Of a DNA stretch of 64,000 nt, positions 28,021 through 36,327 are shown piece after piece. Numbering within the stretch: the stretch's first letter is position 1; each line of letters starts with the position of its first letter. This stretch comes from Candidatus Xenobia bacterium (GTDB lineage Bacteria; Vulcanimicrobiota; Xenobia; Xenobiales; QWHO01): the NCBI GenBank assembly GCA_045863235.1, contig BTUM01000006.1:64001-128000 (forward strand). Direction: 5' to 3'. The translations under genes were made by a program, and so were the position numbers. The notes under the pieces were generated by a model. It was given only the letters and a program-made list of their open reading frames with translations, was not told the DNA's origin and searched no databases.

Positions 28021-30534
28021 ATGGGCAAGAATACAGGCGGGTTCATGCCGCTTCCAGCTTCGGTCGCCGAGGTGATCCTTCGGTCCGCAACTCACATCTC
28101 GGTGATTGCCACGGACCTGCACGGCATCATAACCCTCTTTAATCCAGGGGCAGAGCAGATGCTGGGCTACTCGAGCGAGGAGATGGTCGGGCTCGAGACC
28201 CCGCAGATCTTCCACGACGCCAACGAAGTGGCCAGGCGAGGGTTGGAGCTTTCCCGGGAGTTGGGTCGACCCATCCAGGGTTTCGATGTTTTCGTCGAGC
28301 TGGCCCGTCAGGGCAGACATGAAGAGCGGGAATGGACCTATGTGCGGAAAGACCGAAGGCGGATAGAGGTGAATCTGGTGGTCTCCGGCCTTCGGGATAA
28401 AGCCGGAGAGTTGATCGGCTTTGTCGGCATCGCCGTGGACATAACTCAGGTGAAACAGGCCAGCGAGGCTGCTGCGCGCACGAAGGAGCAAATCACCGAC
28501 ATCCTGGAGAACTCCGGCATCCTGATTCAGAGTGTCAGCCCCGATGGGAGGCTGCTCTACGTCAACCGCAGCTGGCTGGAAACGCTGGGGTATACTCGCA
28601 AGGAGGCTCTTGGCCAGAAAATTTTTGACTTCGTCGAGCCCTCCGACCAGGCCGGTTGTCAGGAGAAGCTGGCGCGAATCCTCTCTGGAGAGAACCTGGG
28701 AATGATCGAGGTCACCCTGGTGAGCCGTGATCAACGTCGCATTCGGCTCGAGGGAAGCATCAACTGCTCGTTCGAGAGTGGAGTCCCGCTTCACACCCGG
28801 GGTTACTTCCGCGACGTCACCGAGTCGACCATCCTCAAACAACGTTACGAGCTTTTCTTTCGCGATTCCCTGGACTTGTTGTGTCTGGCCTCTCTGGAGG
28901 GTCGCTTCCTTCAGGTCAACCCGGCATGGGTGCGTGCCCTGGGATACACCGAGGACGAGCTGATGGGCCGACCGTTCCTCGAGTTTGTGCATCCGGATGA
29001 TCGCCAGAAGACCATGGAGGAGACCCTTCGCCTGGGTCAAGGCGAGAGCACCGTGGGTTTCGAGAATCGCTATCGATGCAAGGACGGAAGCTACCGCTGG
29101 CTGCTTTGGAGCGCAAGCCCGAGCCAGCACGACAATGTAATTCTGGCCACCGCCCGCGACATCACTGACCGAATTCAGCTGGAGACCAAGCTTCGGGCCG
29201 AGCGCGAGCAAACGCGAGCGATTTTGGACAATCTGGCCGAAGCGGTGATCACCATCGATGATTATGGGCTCGTCCAGTCCTGTAACCCGGCAGTCGAGCA
29301 CGTTTTTGGCTACAGCGCAGACGAGCTCCTGGGCCAGAACGTGAGCCTACTGATGCCCGAGCACCACGCCGCCGAGCACGACTACTACCTGGAACGTTAC
29401 CGGACCCATCGGCAGCCGCGCGTGATCGGTCATCTGCGAGAGCTTGAAGGCAGACGCAAGGACGGCACCGTCTTTCCTCTCGAGCTGGCCGTCGGGGAGG
29501 TCCGCACCGACGAGCAGAAATGCTTGTTCGCGGGAGTCATCCGCGACATCACGAGTCGCAAGAGGGCCGAGCATCAAATGCAGCAGGCCCGTCTTGCGGC
29601 CGAGCAAGCCAGCCAGGCCAAGTCTGGCTTTCTCGCGACCATGAGTCACGAGCTGCGCACCCCGCTCAATGCCATCATCGGTTTCTCGGAGCTGCTCTCC
29701 GATCAGCGTTTCGGCGAGCTCAATGAACGGCAGCGGCGTTACATGCTGAATATTCTCTCGAGCGGTCGTCATCTTTTGCGGCTCATCAACGAGGTGCTCG
29801 ATCTGTCGAAGATCGAGGCCGGGAAGATGGACCTCCATTTCGAGTCCGTCAACCTCGAGCAGGCCGTGACCGACGCCCTGACCGTGGCTCGCGCCTTGGC
29901 CGACCCGAAAGACATCCAGTTGCTCGGAGTCTCCGACGGCGACCTGTGGGTTCTCGCCGATCCGTCCAGGCTCAAGCAAGTTCTGCTCAACTTGTTGAGT
30001 AATGCCATCAAGTTTACCCCAACTTCAGGCTCGGTAACCGTGCGCCAGGAAGATCTGGGCGACTGGGCTTGCATCCGGGTGATCGATTCGGGAATCGGGA
30101 TCCTGCCTGAGGATCAAGAGCGAATCTTCCGGGCCTTCGAGCAGGTTGACTCCTCCCATTCCCGGGCGCAACCTGGTACCGGCCTGGGTCTGGCCCTGAC
30201 CCGGCATTTGGTTGAGCTCCACGGAGGACGGCTTCAGGTCGAGAGCCAGGGGGCGGGAAACGGAAGCACGTTCTCTTTTACCCTCCCGCTCGCCCGGCGC
30301 CAGGCGGAGCAAGCACAAGGCAGGCCGGATGAGGGGCCAGTGGTCGCTGGTGGTCGAGGACGATCCGGCAGCGGCCGAGCTCTTGACCCATCACCTGGCC
30401 GAAGGTGGCTACTGCGTCAGGCACTGTGCGACCGGGCGGCAGGCTATCGAGGTGGTGCGCTCGCTCACTCCCCCTCCCGCCGCCATCACTCTGGATCTGG
30501 TTCTGCCGGATGTCGACGGGTGGTTCGTGCTTGA
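28021..30534 (+). CDS. Multi-PAS sensor histidine kinase (N-terminal part of a probable hybrid kinase frameshifted at ~30346)
   Basis: Four PAS/PAC units; FLATMSHELRTPLN, NLLSNAIKFT, DSGIGI, GTGLGL. Confidence 0.9.
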   Translation: MGKNTGGFMPLPASVAEVILRSATHISVIATDLHGIITLFNPGAEQMLGYSSEEMVGLETPQIFHDANEVARRGLELSRELGRPIQGFDVFVELARQGRHEEREWTYVRKDRRRIEVNLVVSGLRDKAGELIGFVGIAVDITQVKQASEAAARTKEQITDILENSGILIQSVSPDGRLLYVNRSWLETLGYTRKEALGQKIFDFVEPSDQAGCQEKLARILSGENLGMIEVTLVSRDQRRIRLEGSINCSFESGVPLHTRGYFRDVTESTILKQRYELFFRDSLDLLCLASLEGRFLQVNPAWVRALGYTEDELMGRPFLEFVHPDDRQKTMEETLRLGQGESTVGFENRYRCKDGSYRWLLWSASPSQHDNVILATARDITDRIQLETKLRAEREQTRAILDNLAEAVITIDDYGLVQSCNPAVEHVFGYSADELLGQNVSLLMPEHHAAEHDYYLERYRTHRQPRVIGHLRELEGRRKDGTVFPLELAVGEVRTDEQKCLFAGVIRDITSRKRAEHQMQQARLAAEQASQAKSGFLATMSHELRTPLNAIIGFSELLSDQRFGELNERQRRYMLNILSSGRHLLRLINEVLDLSKIEAGKMDLHFESVNLEQAVTDALTVARALADPKDIQLLGVSDGDLWVLADPSRLKQVLLNLLSNAIKFTPTSGSVTVRQEDLGDWACIRVIDSGIGILPEDQERIFRAFEQVDSSHSRAQPGTGLGLALTRHLVELHGGRLQVESQGAGNGSTFSFTLPLARRQAEQAQGRPDEGPVVAGGRGRSGSGRALDPSPGRRWLLRQALCDRAAGYRGGALAHSPSRRHHSGSGSAGCRRVVRA

Positions 30535-31087
30535 GGAGCTCAAGAACGATGCGCTCACAAGCGCCATTCCAGTCATCATCGTGTCGATGACCGAAGACCG
30601 CTCGCGCGGGATGGCCCTGGGAGCCTCGGAGTTCTTGACCAAGCCGGTGCAGGGAGAGCTCCTTTGCCGTGCGGTACGGTCCCTGCGAGGGCCGTCTCGC
30701 GTCCTGGTCATGAGCGAAGCTCACCTCATTCTGGACCGTCTCACCGAGCGGCTGCGCGAAGCGGGCTATCAGCTCCTCGTCGCCAGCGATGGCGCTCTCG
30801 GGCTGCAGATGGCCCTGAACGACTGCCCCGATGTCGTCATTATCGATTTGCTCTTGCCAGGCCTGCGCGGTCTGGAGGTGGCCCGGCGGCTGAAGCAGGA
30901 TGCTCGAACGAGTAATGTTCCGCTGATTTTCTTCAGCGGACGAGAGCTCGCTGAGCAGGATCGCGAAGAGCTGGCGCGCGAGATTCGCGCGGTTGCTTCG
31001 AGCTCGAGCATCGAGGAGATGCTGATGCAACTCAAGACTCTGCTCGGAGAGCCCGGGGAGGCCAGGTATCGGAGGATTGTCCAATGA
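30329..31087 (+). CDS. Tandem receiver domains (REC-REC), probable C-terminus of the upstream kinase
   Basis: LVVEDD...ITLDLVLP...TKPV plus a second REC with IDLLLP; becomes in frame with the kinase if one base near 30346 is removed. Confidence 0.8.
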   Translation: MRGQWSLVVEDDPAAAELLTHHLAEGGYCVRHCATGRQAIEVVRSLTPPPAAITLDLVLPDVDGWFVLEELKNDALTSAIPVIIVSMTEDRSRGMALGASEFLTKPVQGELLCRAVRSLRGPSRVLVMSEAHLILDRLTERLREAGYQLLVASDGALGLQMALNDCPDVVIIDLLLPGLRGLEVARRLKQDARTSNVPLIFFSGRELAEQDREELAREIRAVASSSSIEEMLMQLKTLLGEPGEARYRRIVQ

Positions 31088-31455
31088 GAATTCTTTTGGT
31101 TGAGGATAACCCGATGAATCTGGAGTTGGAGACAGATCTACTCGAGCTCCATGGCCATGAGGTATTCGGGGCCGGGAATGCCGAGGAAGGCCTGCGCATG
31201 GCCCGCGAGTTGATGCCGGATTTGATTTTGATGGACGTTTCCTTGCCTGGCATGGACGGCCTGGAAGCGACCCATCAGCTCCACCAGGACCCAACAACGC
31301 ATCATCTGCGCGTGGTGGCCTTGACCGCGCACGCGATGCCGGCGGACGAAGAGCGTGCGCGCCAGGCCGGATGCTGCGGCTACATCACGAAGCCCATCGA
31401 TACGAGGACTTTCGTCGACCAGGTCGAGAGCTACCAGTCAGGCCAGGAGTCTTGA
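31084..31455 (+). CDS. Single-domain response regulator (DivK/CheY-like)
   Basis: ILLVEDNPMN, LMDVSLPGMDG, ALTAHAM, YITKPID. Confidence 0.93.
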   Translation: MRILLVEDNPMNLELETDLLELHGHEVFGAGNAEEGLRMARELMPDLILMDVSLPGMDGLEATHQLHQDPTTHHLRVVALTAHAMPADEERARQAGCCGYITKPIDTRTFVDQVESYQSGQES

Positions 31456-33845
31456 CCGAGGATAAACCGTGGATTCTTGCTGTCGGCCTCGAGCTGAGGC
31501 TGCGGGCAAGATTGCAGGGTCGTCTGAAAGATGCCCATGTGGACCACGTCGCGTCGGGGCAGGAAGCCATGGAGAAGCTGCGCCAGATTCCTTACGCCCT
31601 GGTTGTGGCAGATCACGATCTTATCGATATGACGGGGGAGGATTTTCTGACCCGTTCCCGGGCTTCCTATCGGCGTGAAGTCATTTTTTGCTGCGGTCGC
31701 GAGTCGCAATCTCAAGGTGCGCTGGCCAGACTCGTGCGGGTTTTACGGGTGGCCCGCGTGCTGTTCTATCCGATCGATCCGGAGGAAATGTGCCGTCAGG
31801 TTGCGCTGTTGCTGGGCCTGCGCGTCCCTGCTGTTTCGCTGACTCTGGAGGCCCAGCCCGAATCCGCAGCCCTGCTCAACAAGGTTTGGAGCAAGTTTGA
31901 GGAAACCAATAAGGAGCGCATGGCCCACCTGCGCCAGGCAGCCGAGAGCGCCAGCCGCGGGCAGCTCAGCCCGCTGGCGCGCCGGCAGGCCGAACGTGAG
32001 GCCCATCAACTCGCGGGCTCCATGGGAACGTTCGGTCTCCCGACCGCCTCCCTGCTTGCCCGTGAGCTTGAGACAGGCTTCGCCGGCAGTCTCCCGGTGA
32101 GCGTCGAGCAGGGACTTCGCATGTCCGGACTTGTGCTTCGCCTCGAAAGCGAGTTCCTTCAGCACGACCCCGCCGTCGTCCCCGCCTCCAGTGGCCCTGG
32201 CGACCGGGTCGTACTGGTTGTGTCCGACGAAGGGCCCTTGTTGACCGACCTTGTTTCCCTGAAGGGACAGTTGCGGATCAACATCACTCCCCTTCCTTCC
32301 GATGTCCGCCAGGTGATGAGCACCGTTTCAATCGGTGGAGTCATCGTCGACCTTCCCGACGACGAGCAACTGATCGAGGAGCGGATGGCCCTGCTCCAGG
32401 AGTTATCCGCTCGGAGCCCCCACCTTGTCCTGGTCGCGATCATTCCCGAGGACACGCTGCAGTGGAGAGTTCGGGCCTCTGAAGGGCACGAGCGCATCGT
32501 TCTGGCCCGGCCGGTGACAGCGGTCCAGGTCATGGAGGCGCTGGAGTCGCGTCTGAGCACCATCCAGGCCGAGAGTCGCATCCTGGCCGTGGATGACGAC
32601 CCCATGGTGCTGGCCTGCCTGGAATCGCTTCTGCAGCCGCTGAAGTACCAGCTGACCACCCTGAGCGATCCCCTCGATTTCTGGGAGAAGCTGGAAGTGG
32701 TGGCCCCGGACCTGTTGATCCTGGACATCGACATGCCTCATGTGTCCGGTGTCGAGCTGTGTCGAGCGGTACGCAGCGACCCGCGCTGGGCCGACCTGCC
32801 CATCATGTTCTTGAGCTCGTACAACGACAGCAGCGTGGTGCATCGGATCTTCCAGGCTGGCGCCGATGACTTCGTTTTCAAGCCGGTCGTGGGACCCGAG
32901 CTTCTGACCCGCATTGGGAATCGTCTGGCGCGCACCCAGGTTTACCGCACCGCCGCGGACACCGACGCCCTGACCGGAGCCATGACGCGGGGTCGCGGCA
33001 GCCTGGCCATACGGCATCACCTGGCCATGGCGAGCCGCCGCGGGCAGATCGTATCGCTGGCCTTGATCGACCTGGACAGGTTCAAGCAGATCAACGATCG
33101 GCACGGCCACGCCGTGGGCGACGAGGTGTTGCGGCGGGCTGCTCGCCTGCTGTGCGAGAGCGTGCGAGGCGAGGATCTCGTCGTGCGTTGGGGCGGCGAG
33201 GAATTCGTGGTGGCCTTGTACACTATGCCCCGTTCGGGGGCCAGCAAGCGTCTGCAATCGGTTCTGACCAGGCTTTCCCAGCAGTACTTCGCTGGAGCCG
33301 ACCAGGAGCCGTTTCAGGTCACGTTCTCGGCCGGCGTGGCGGAGTTTCCTCACGACGGGCTCGACCTCAGCAGCCTGGTAGAGGTCGCCGATCAAGCGCT
33401 CTACACGGCCAAGGCCGAGGGACGCAACAGGATTGTCCTGGCAGGGGCAGCCAACGGCTCCTGCCCACGTTCGGCCGATCTGGTGCTGGTTGAGGACGAC
33501 CACCCTCTGGCCGAGGCCATCATCGGCGCAGCCGAAAGCCGCGGTTATCGAATCGAGTGTTTCTCCAGCGCGGAGGTGGCGCTGTCGGCCCTGACCGGCC
33601 CTGAGGCGCAGCTTCGAGGCCGTGTGCTGGTGGTGGACCAAAATCTGCCCCAGATGAGCGGATTGGAGATGTTGAGACAGTTGCAGCCGCTCATCCCCCG
33701 GCAGCGAGTCGTGCTCTTGTCTGGACAGATGCAGGAGGCCCAGGTTCTAGAAGGGCTCGACCTGGGAGCCGTCGACTACGTTCCCAAGCCGTTCATTCTC
33801 TCGGCCCTGATGCGCAAGCTGGAATACCTGCTGCTGAGCGCTTGA
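31452..33845 (+). CDS. Diguanylate cyclase REC-Hpt-REC-REC-GGDEF-REC
   Basis: AHQLAGSMGTFG; DLDRFKQINDRHGHAVGD; I-site RGED; GGEEF; TTGA overlap with the upstream gene. Confidence 0.92.
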   Translation: MTEDKPWILAVGLELRLRARLQGRLKDAHVDHVASGQEAMEKLRQIPYALVVADHDLIDMTGEDFLTRSRASYRREVIFCCGRESQSQGALARLVRVLRVARVLFYPIDPEEMCRQVALLLGLRVPAVSLTLEAQPESAALLNKVWSKFEETNKERMAHLRQAAESASRGQLSPLARRQAEREAHQLAGSMGTFGLPTASLLARELETGFAGSLPVSVEQGLRMSGLVLRLESEFLQHDPAVVPASSGPGDRVVLVVSDEGPLLTDLVSLKGQLRINITPLPSDVRQVMSTVSIGGVIVDLPDDEQLIEERMALLQELSARSPHLVLVAIIPEDTLQWRVRASEGHERIVLARPVTAVQVMEALESRLSTIQAESRILAVDDDPMVLACLESLLQPLKYQLTTLSDPLDFWEKLEVVAPDLLILDIDMPHVSGVELCRAVRSDPRWADLPIMFLSSYNDSSVVHRIFQAGADDFVFKPVVGPELLTRIGNRLARTQVYRTAADTDALTGAMTRGRGSLAIRHHLAMASRRGQIVSLALIDLDRFKQINDRHGHAVGDEVLRRAARLLCESVRGEDLVVRWGGEEFVVALYTMPRSGASKRLQSVLTRLSQQYFAGADQEPFQVTFSAGVAEFPHDGLDLSSLVEVADQALYTAKAEGRNRIVLAGAANGSCPRSADLVLVEDDHPLAEAIIGAAESRGYRIECFSSAEVALSALTGPEAQLRGRVLVVDQNLPQMSGLEMLRQLQPLIPRQRVVLLSGQMQEAQVLEGLDLGAVDYVPKPFILSALMRKLEYLLLSA

Positions 33846-33868
33846 GCCCTGCGTCGGGAGCTGACGGT

Positions 33869-36163
33869 TTAGAACATGCCCTTGATCTGCTCGGCATAGC
33901 GCTCGAGCACCACCGGTCGCTTCACCTTGAAGCTGGGCGTCATCTCGTCGGCCTCTACGGTGAACTCGCGACCGAGCAGAGCCACCGCGCGCACGCGCTC
34001 GTGGTTGGCGTGGCCGGAGCTGCGCTGCATGGCCTCCTCGCGCATCATCTTGAGCACGTCGGGATGCTTGATCATGTCGGCCGGCTCGGTGGGCAGGCCT
34101 TTGGAGCGGGCCCAGGTCGCCAGGTTGTCGAACTTGGGCACGATCAGGGCTCCCACCATGTCTTTGTCGGTGGCGCCCACCACCACGGCCTCCTGGATGT
34201 AGGGGCTGCCTTTCAGGCTCTCCTCGATCGGCTCGGGGGCCACGTATTCCCCGCCTGGAAGCTTGAACTGGCTCTTGATGCGGCCGCAGATCGCATAGTA
34301 GTCCTCCCGCACCTGGTTGGCGATCAGCGCTCCCGCCCCCGCCATAGCCGCCAGACCCAACGCGGCGCCCAGCACCGGCGAGCCCACCAGGCTGCCCAGA
34401 ACGCCGCCGGCGACGCCACCGGCCAGGCCGGCCCAGCCGCCCACCTTCCAGGGATTGTAGACGGGGACGCTGACCAGCTTGCCCTTGTCGCCGGTGCGGT
34501 ACCAGCCGTCGGAGGTAAAGCTTTCGGCTGTCTTGTCGGGCTTGCCCAGGTAACCGCCGGTGAAGACGTTGGGTCCGCGCAGCTGGATCTCGTCTGCTTC
34601 GCCCAGGCGTGCCTCCACGCCCTGGAGAGGCTTACCCACGGTGCCCAGCTTGGCGTCGTTGGGGTCGTTCATGATGGCCGCGCCGGCCGTTTCGGAGAGC
34701 CCGTAACCCTGGGCGATCTTGTAGCCAGCCGAGCGGAACATGCCCTCCACCTCAGGCTCGAGGGCCGCGCCCCCGCTCATCATGATGCGGATGCGCCCGC
34801 CGGTGTTCTGGTCGATCCCCTTGCGGACCTCGGGGAAGATGAATTTCTCGGCCACCGCCTGCTTGATCCGGGTGCCCAGAGGCACATTGCCGTGGTGCTC
34901 GTGGAAATTTCGCGCGTTGCCGACGGCCCACTGGAAGGCGTCGGCCTTGGTGGTCTCGGCCGCCTTCTTGCTGGCCAGGCGGGCCATCACGCGGCCGCCC
35001 AGAGCCGCGCCTCCCGCAGCCAGTCCGGCCGCCAGCAGCCAGGGGGCGCCCACCAGACCCAGGGCCACGCCTCCCAGCGCGGCCACGCCGGCGGTTGCGA
35101 GCTGAGCGTAGCGCGCCGCGCGGGCCGGCTCCAGGGCGGGGTCGGTGTTCTTCAGAGCCTTCTTCTCGGCTTCGTCGTAGATTTTCTTGAAGAAGAGCGG
35201 GGTGACGGCCAGGATGGTGGGCTTGATGATCTTCATGTCCTTTTTGAAGGCCAGCAGGCCGTCCGGGTAGGCGATGGCGCCGCCCTCCGCGGTGATGGCG
35301 TAAGAGGCCGCCCGGCCCATCACATGGCCTTCCGGGAGCACGGCCGCGTAGACGTCATCCTGGCGGATGTCCTTGAGGGAAAGCTCGTTGTCGGAGTTGA
35401 TCTTGCGCATGATCCCCTCCACGTCGGACACCCAGTTGCCCTGCGACAGCAGCACACCCTTGGGGTCGCCCGTCGAGCCGGAGGTGTAGACCATGCCGCC
35501 AAAGTCGGTCGCTTTGGTGTCGGCGATGCGCTTCTCCATCTCGGCTTTGTTTTGCGGCAGGCTGGCACTGCCTCGGGTCAGCAGGTCTTTCCAGGAGATC
35601 AGCTGTTTAGAGGTCTGGAACTGAGCAAGGTCCATGTCGTCGGTGACGATGATGGTCTTCAGGTCGGGCAGATTGGCTTCGGACTTGAGCACCTGAGCCA
35701 GCTTGTCCTTGTCGTCCACCACCAGCACGCTGGCGGCGGAATCCTTCAGGATGTACTCCACGTTGCGGTCGGAGAGCTGATTGTAGAGTGGGGCGTGCAC
35801 CCCGCCGGCATACGAGATGCCGAAGTCGGCAATGCGCCACTGGGGCGAGTTGTCGGCGAATGTGGCCACCCGGTCGCCCGGCTTGAGGCCCAGGTCGAGC
35901 AGAGCCGAGCCGAACTGCTCCACCTGCCCCTCGACCTGTTTGTAAGTCTGGTACTCGTAGGCATCGCCGACCTTGACGCCCAGATAGGGCCCGTCGGGAT
36001 TCTTGGCCACTGCCATCCGGAAGAGAGCCGGCACCGACGCGATCTCCGCGCTGCCCGCCCAGGCGTCCAGGGGCTGGGTGTGAGAAGCCACGACCTGCTC
36101 GGGCTGCGAGGAAGCCCGGCTGGAGCTCAGACCCCACGGTTGTTGCGCGACGGAGACCTGCAT
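33869..36163 (-). CDS. Long-chain fatty acid-CoA ligase (AMP-binding) with two Gly/Ala-rich hydrophobic insertions
   Basis: YTSGSTGDPKG, GYGLSE, LRGPNVFTGY, YRTGDKG, GEYVAPEPIE, TPSFKVKR; GGAGG RBS. Confidence 0.92.
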   Translation of the reverse strand: MQVSVAQQPWGLSSSRASSQPEQVVASHTQPLDAWAGSAEIASVPALFRMAVAKNPDGPYLGVKVGDAYEYQTYKQVEGQVEQFGSALLDLGLKPGDRVATFADNSPQWRIADFGISYAGGVHAPLYNQLSDRNVEYILKDSAASVLVVDDKDKLAQVLKSEANLPDLKTIIVTDDMDLAQFQTSKQLISWKDLLTRGSASLPQNKAEMEKRIADTKATDFGGMVYTSGSTGDPKGVLLSQGNWVSDVEGIMRKINSDNELSLKDIRQDDVYAAVLPEGHVMGRAASYAITAEGGAIAYPDGLLAFKKDMKIIKPTILAVTPLFFKKIYDEAEKKALKNTDPALEPARAARYAQLATAGVAALGGVALGLVGAPWLLAAGLAAGGAALGGRVMARLASKKAAETTKADAFQWAVGNARNFHEHHGNVPLGTRIKQAVAEKFIFPEVRKGIDQNTGGRIRIMMSGGAALEPEVEGMFRSAGYKIAQGYGLSETAGAAIMNDPNDAKLGTVGKPLQGVEARLGEADEIQLRGPNVFTGGYLGKPDKTAESFTSDGWYRTGDKGKLVSVPVYNPWKVGGWAGLAGGVAGGVLGSLVGSPVLGAALGLAAMAGAGALIANQVREDYYAICGRIKSQFKLPGGEYVAPEPIEESLKGSPYIQEAVVVGATDKDMVGALIVPKFDNLATWARSKGLPTEPADMIKHPDVLKMMREEAMQRSSGHANHERVRAVALLGREFTVEADEMTPSFKVKRPVVLERYAEQIKGMF

Positions 36164-36270
36164 GACCATACCCTCCAAGCTCGTTTGATCTACAATGCAC
36201 CATGGGCGTGACAGAAATCTGAAAACTTCAAGCCGTCGACAACTTCTCGCGGAGCGGCTCTTGTCCTGAA

Positions 36271-36305
36271 CAACAAAAAGGCCCGGGTCCTTGCGACCCG
36301 GGCCC
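36271..36305 (-). terminator. Intrinsic terminator of the 36328..37779 gene
   Basis: 10-bp stem GGCCCGGGTC/GACCCGGGCC followed by TTTTTGTTG on the minus strand. Confidence 0.85.
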
Positions 36306-36327
36306 TGGTTCTGCCGATGTGTTGAGC

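Noticed and set aside
33842..36211. 789-aa plus-strand ORF and similar long shadow ORFs (6491..9214, 12871..14493, 36319..37755, 47814..49583)
   Set aside because: They are antisense to well-supported genes and have no motifs; this is expected in high-GC DNA with strong codon bias
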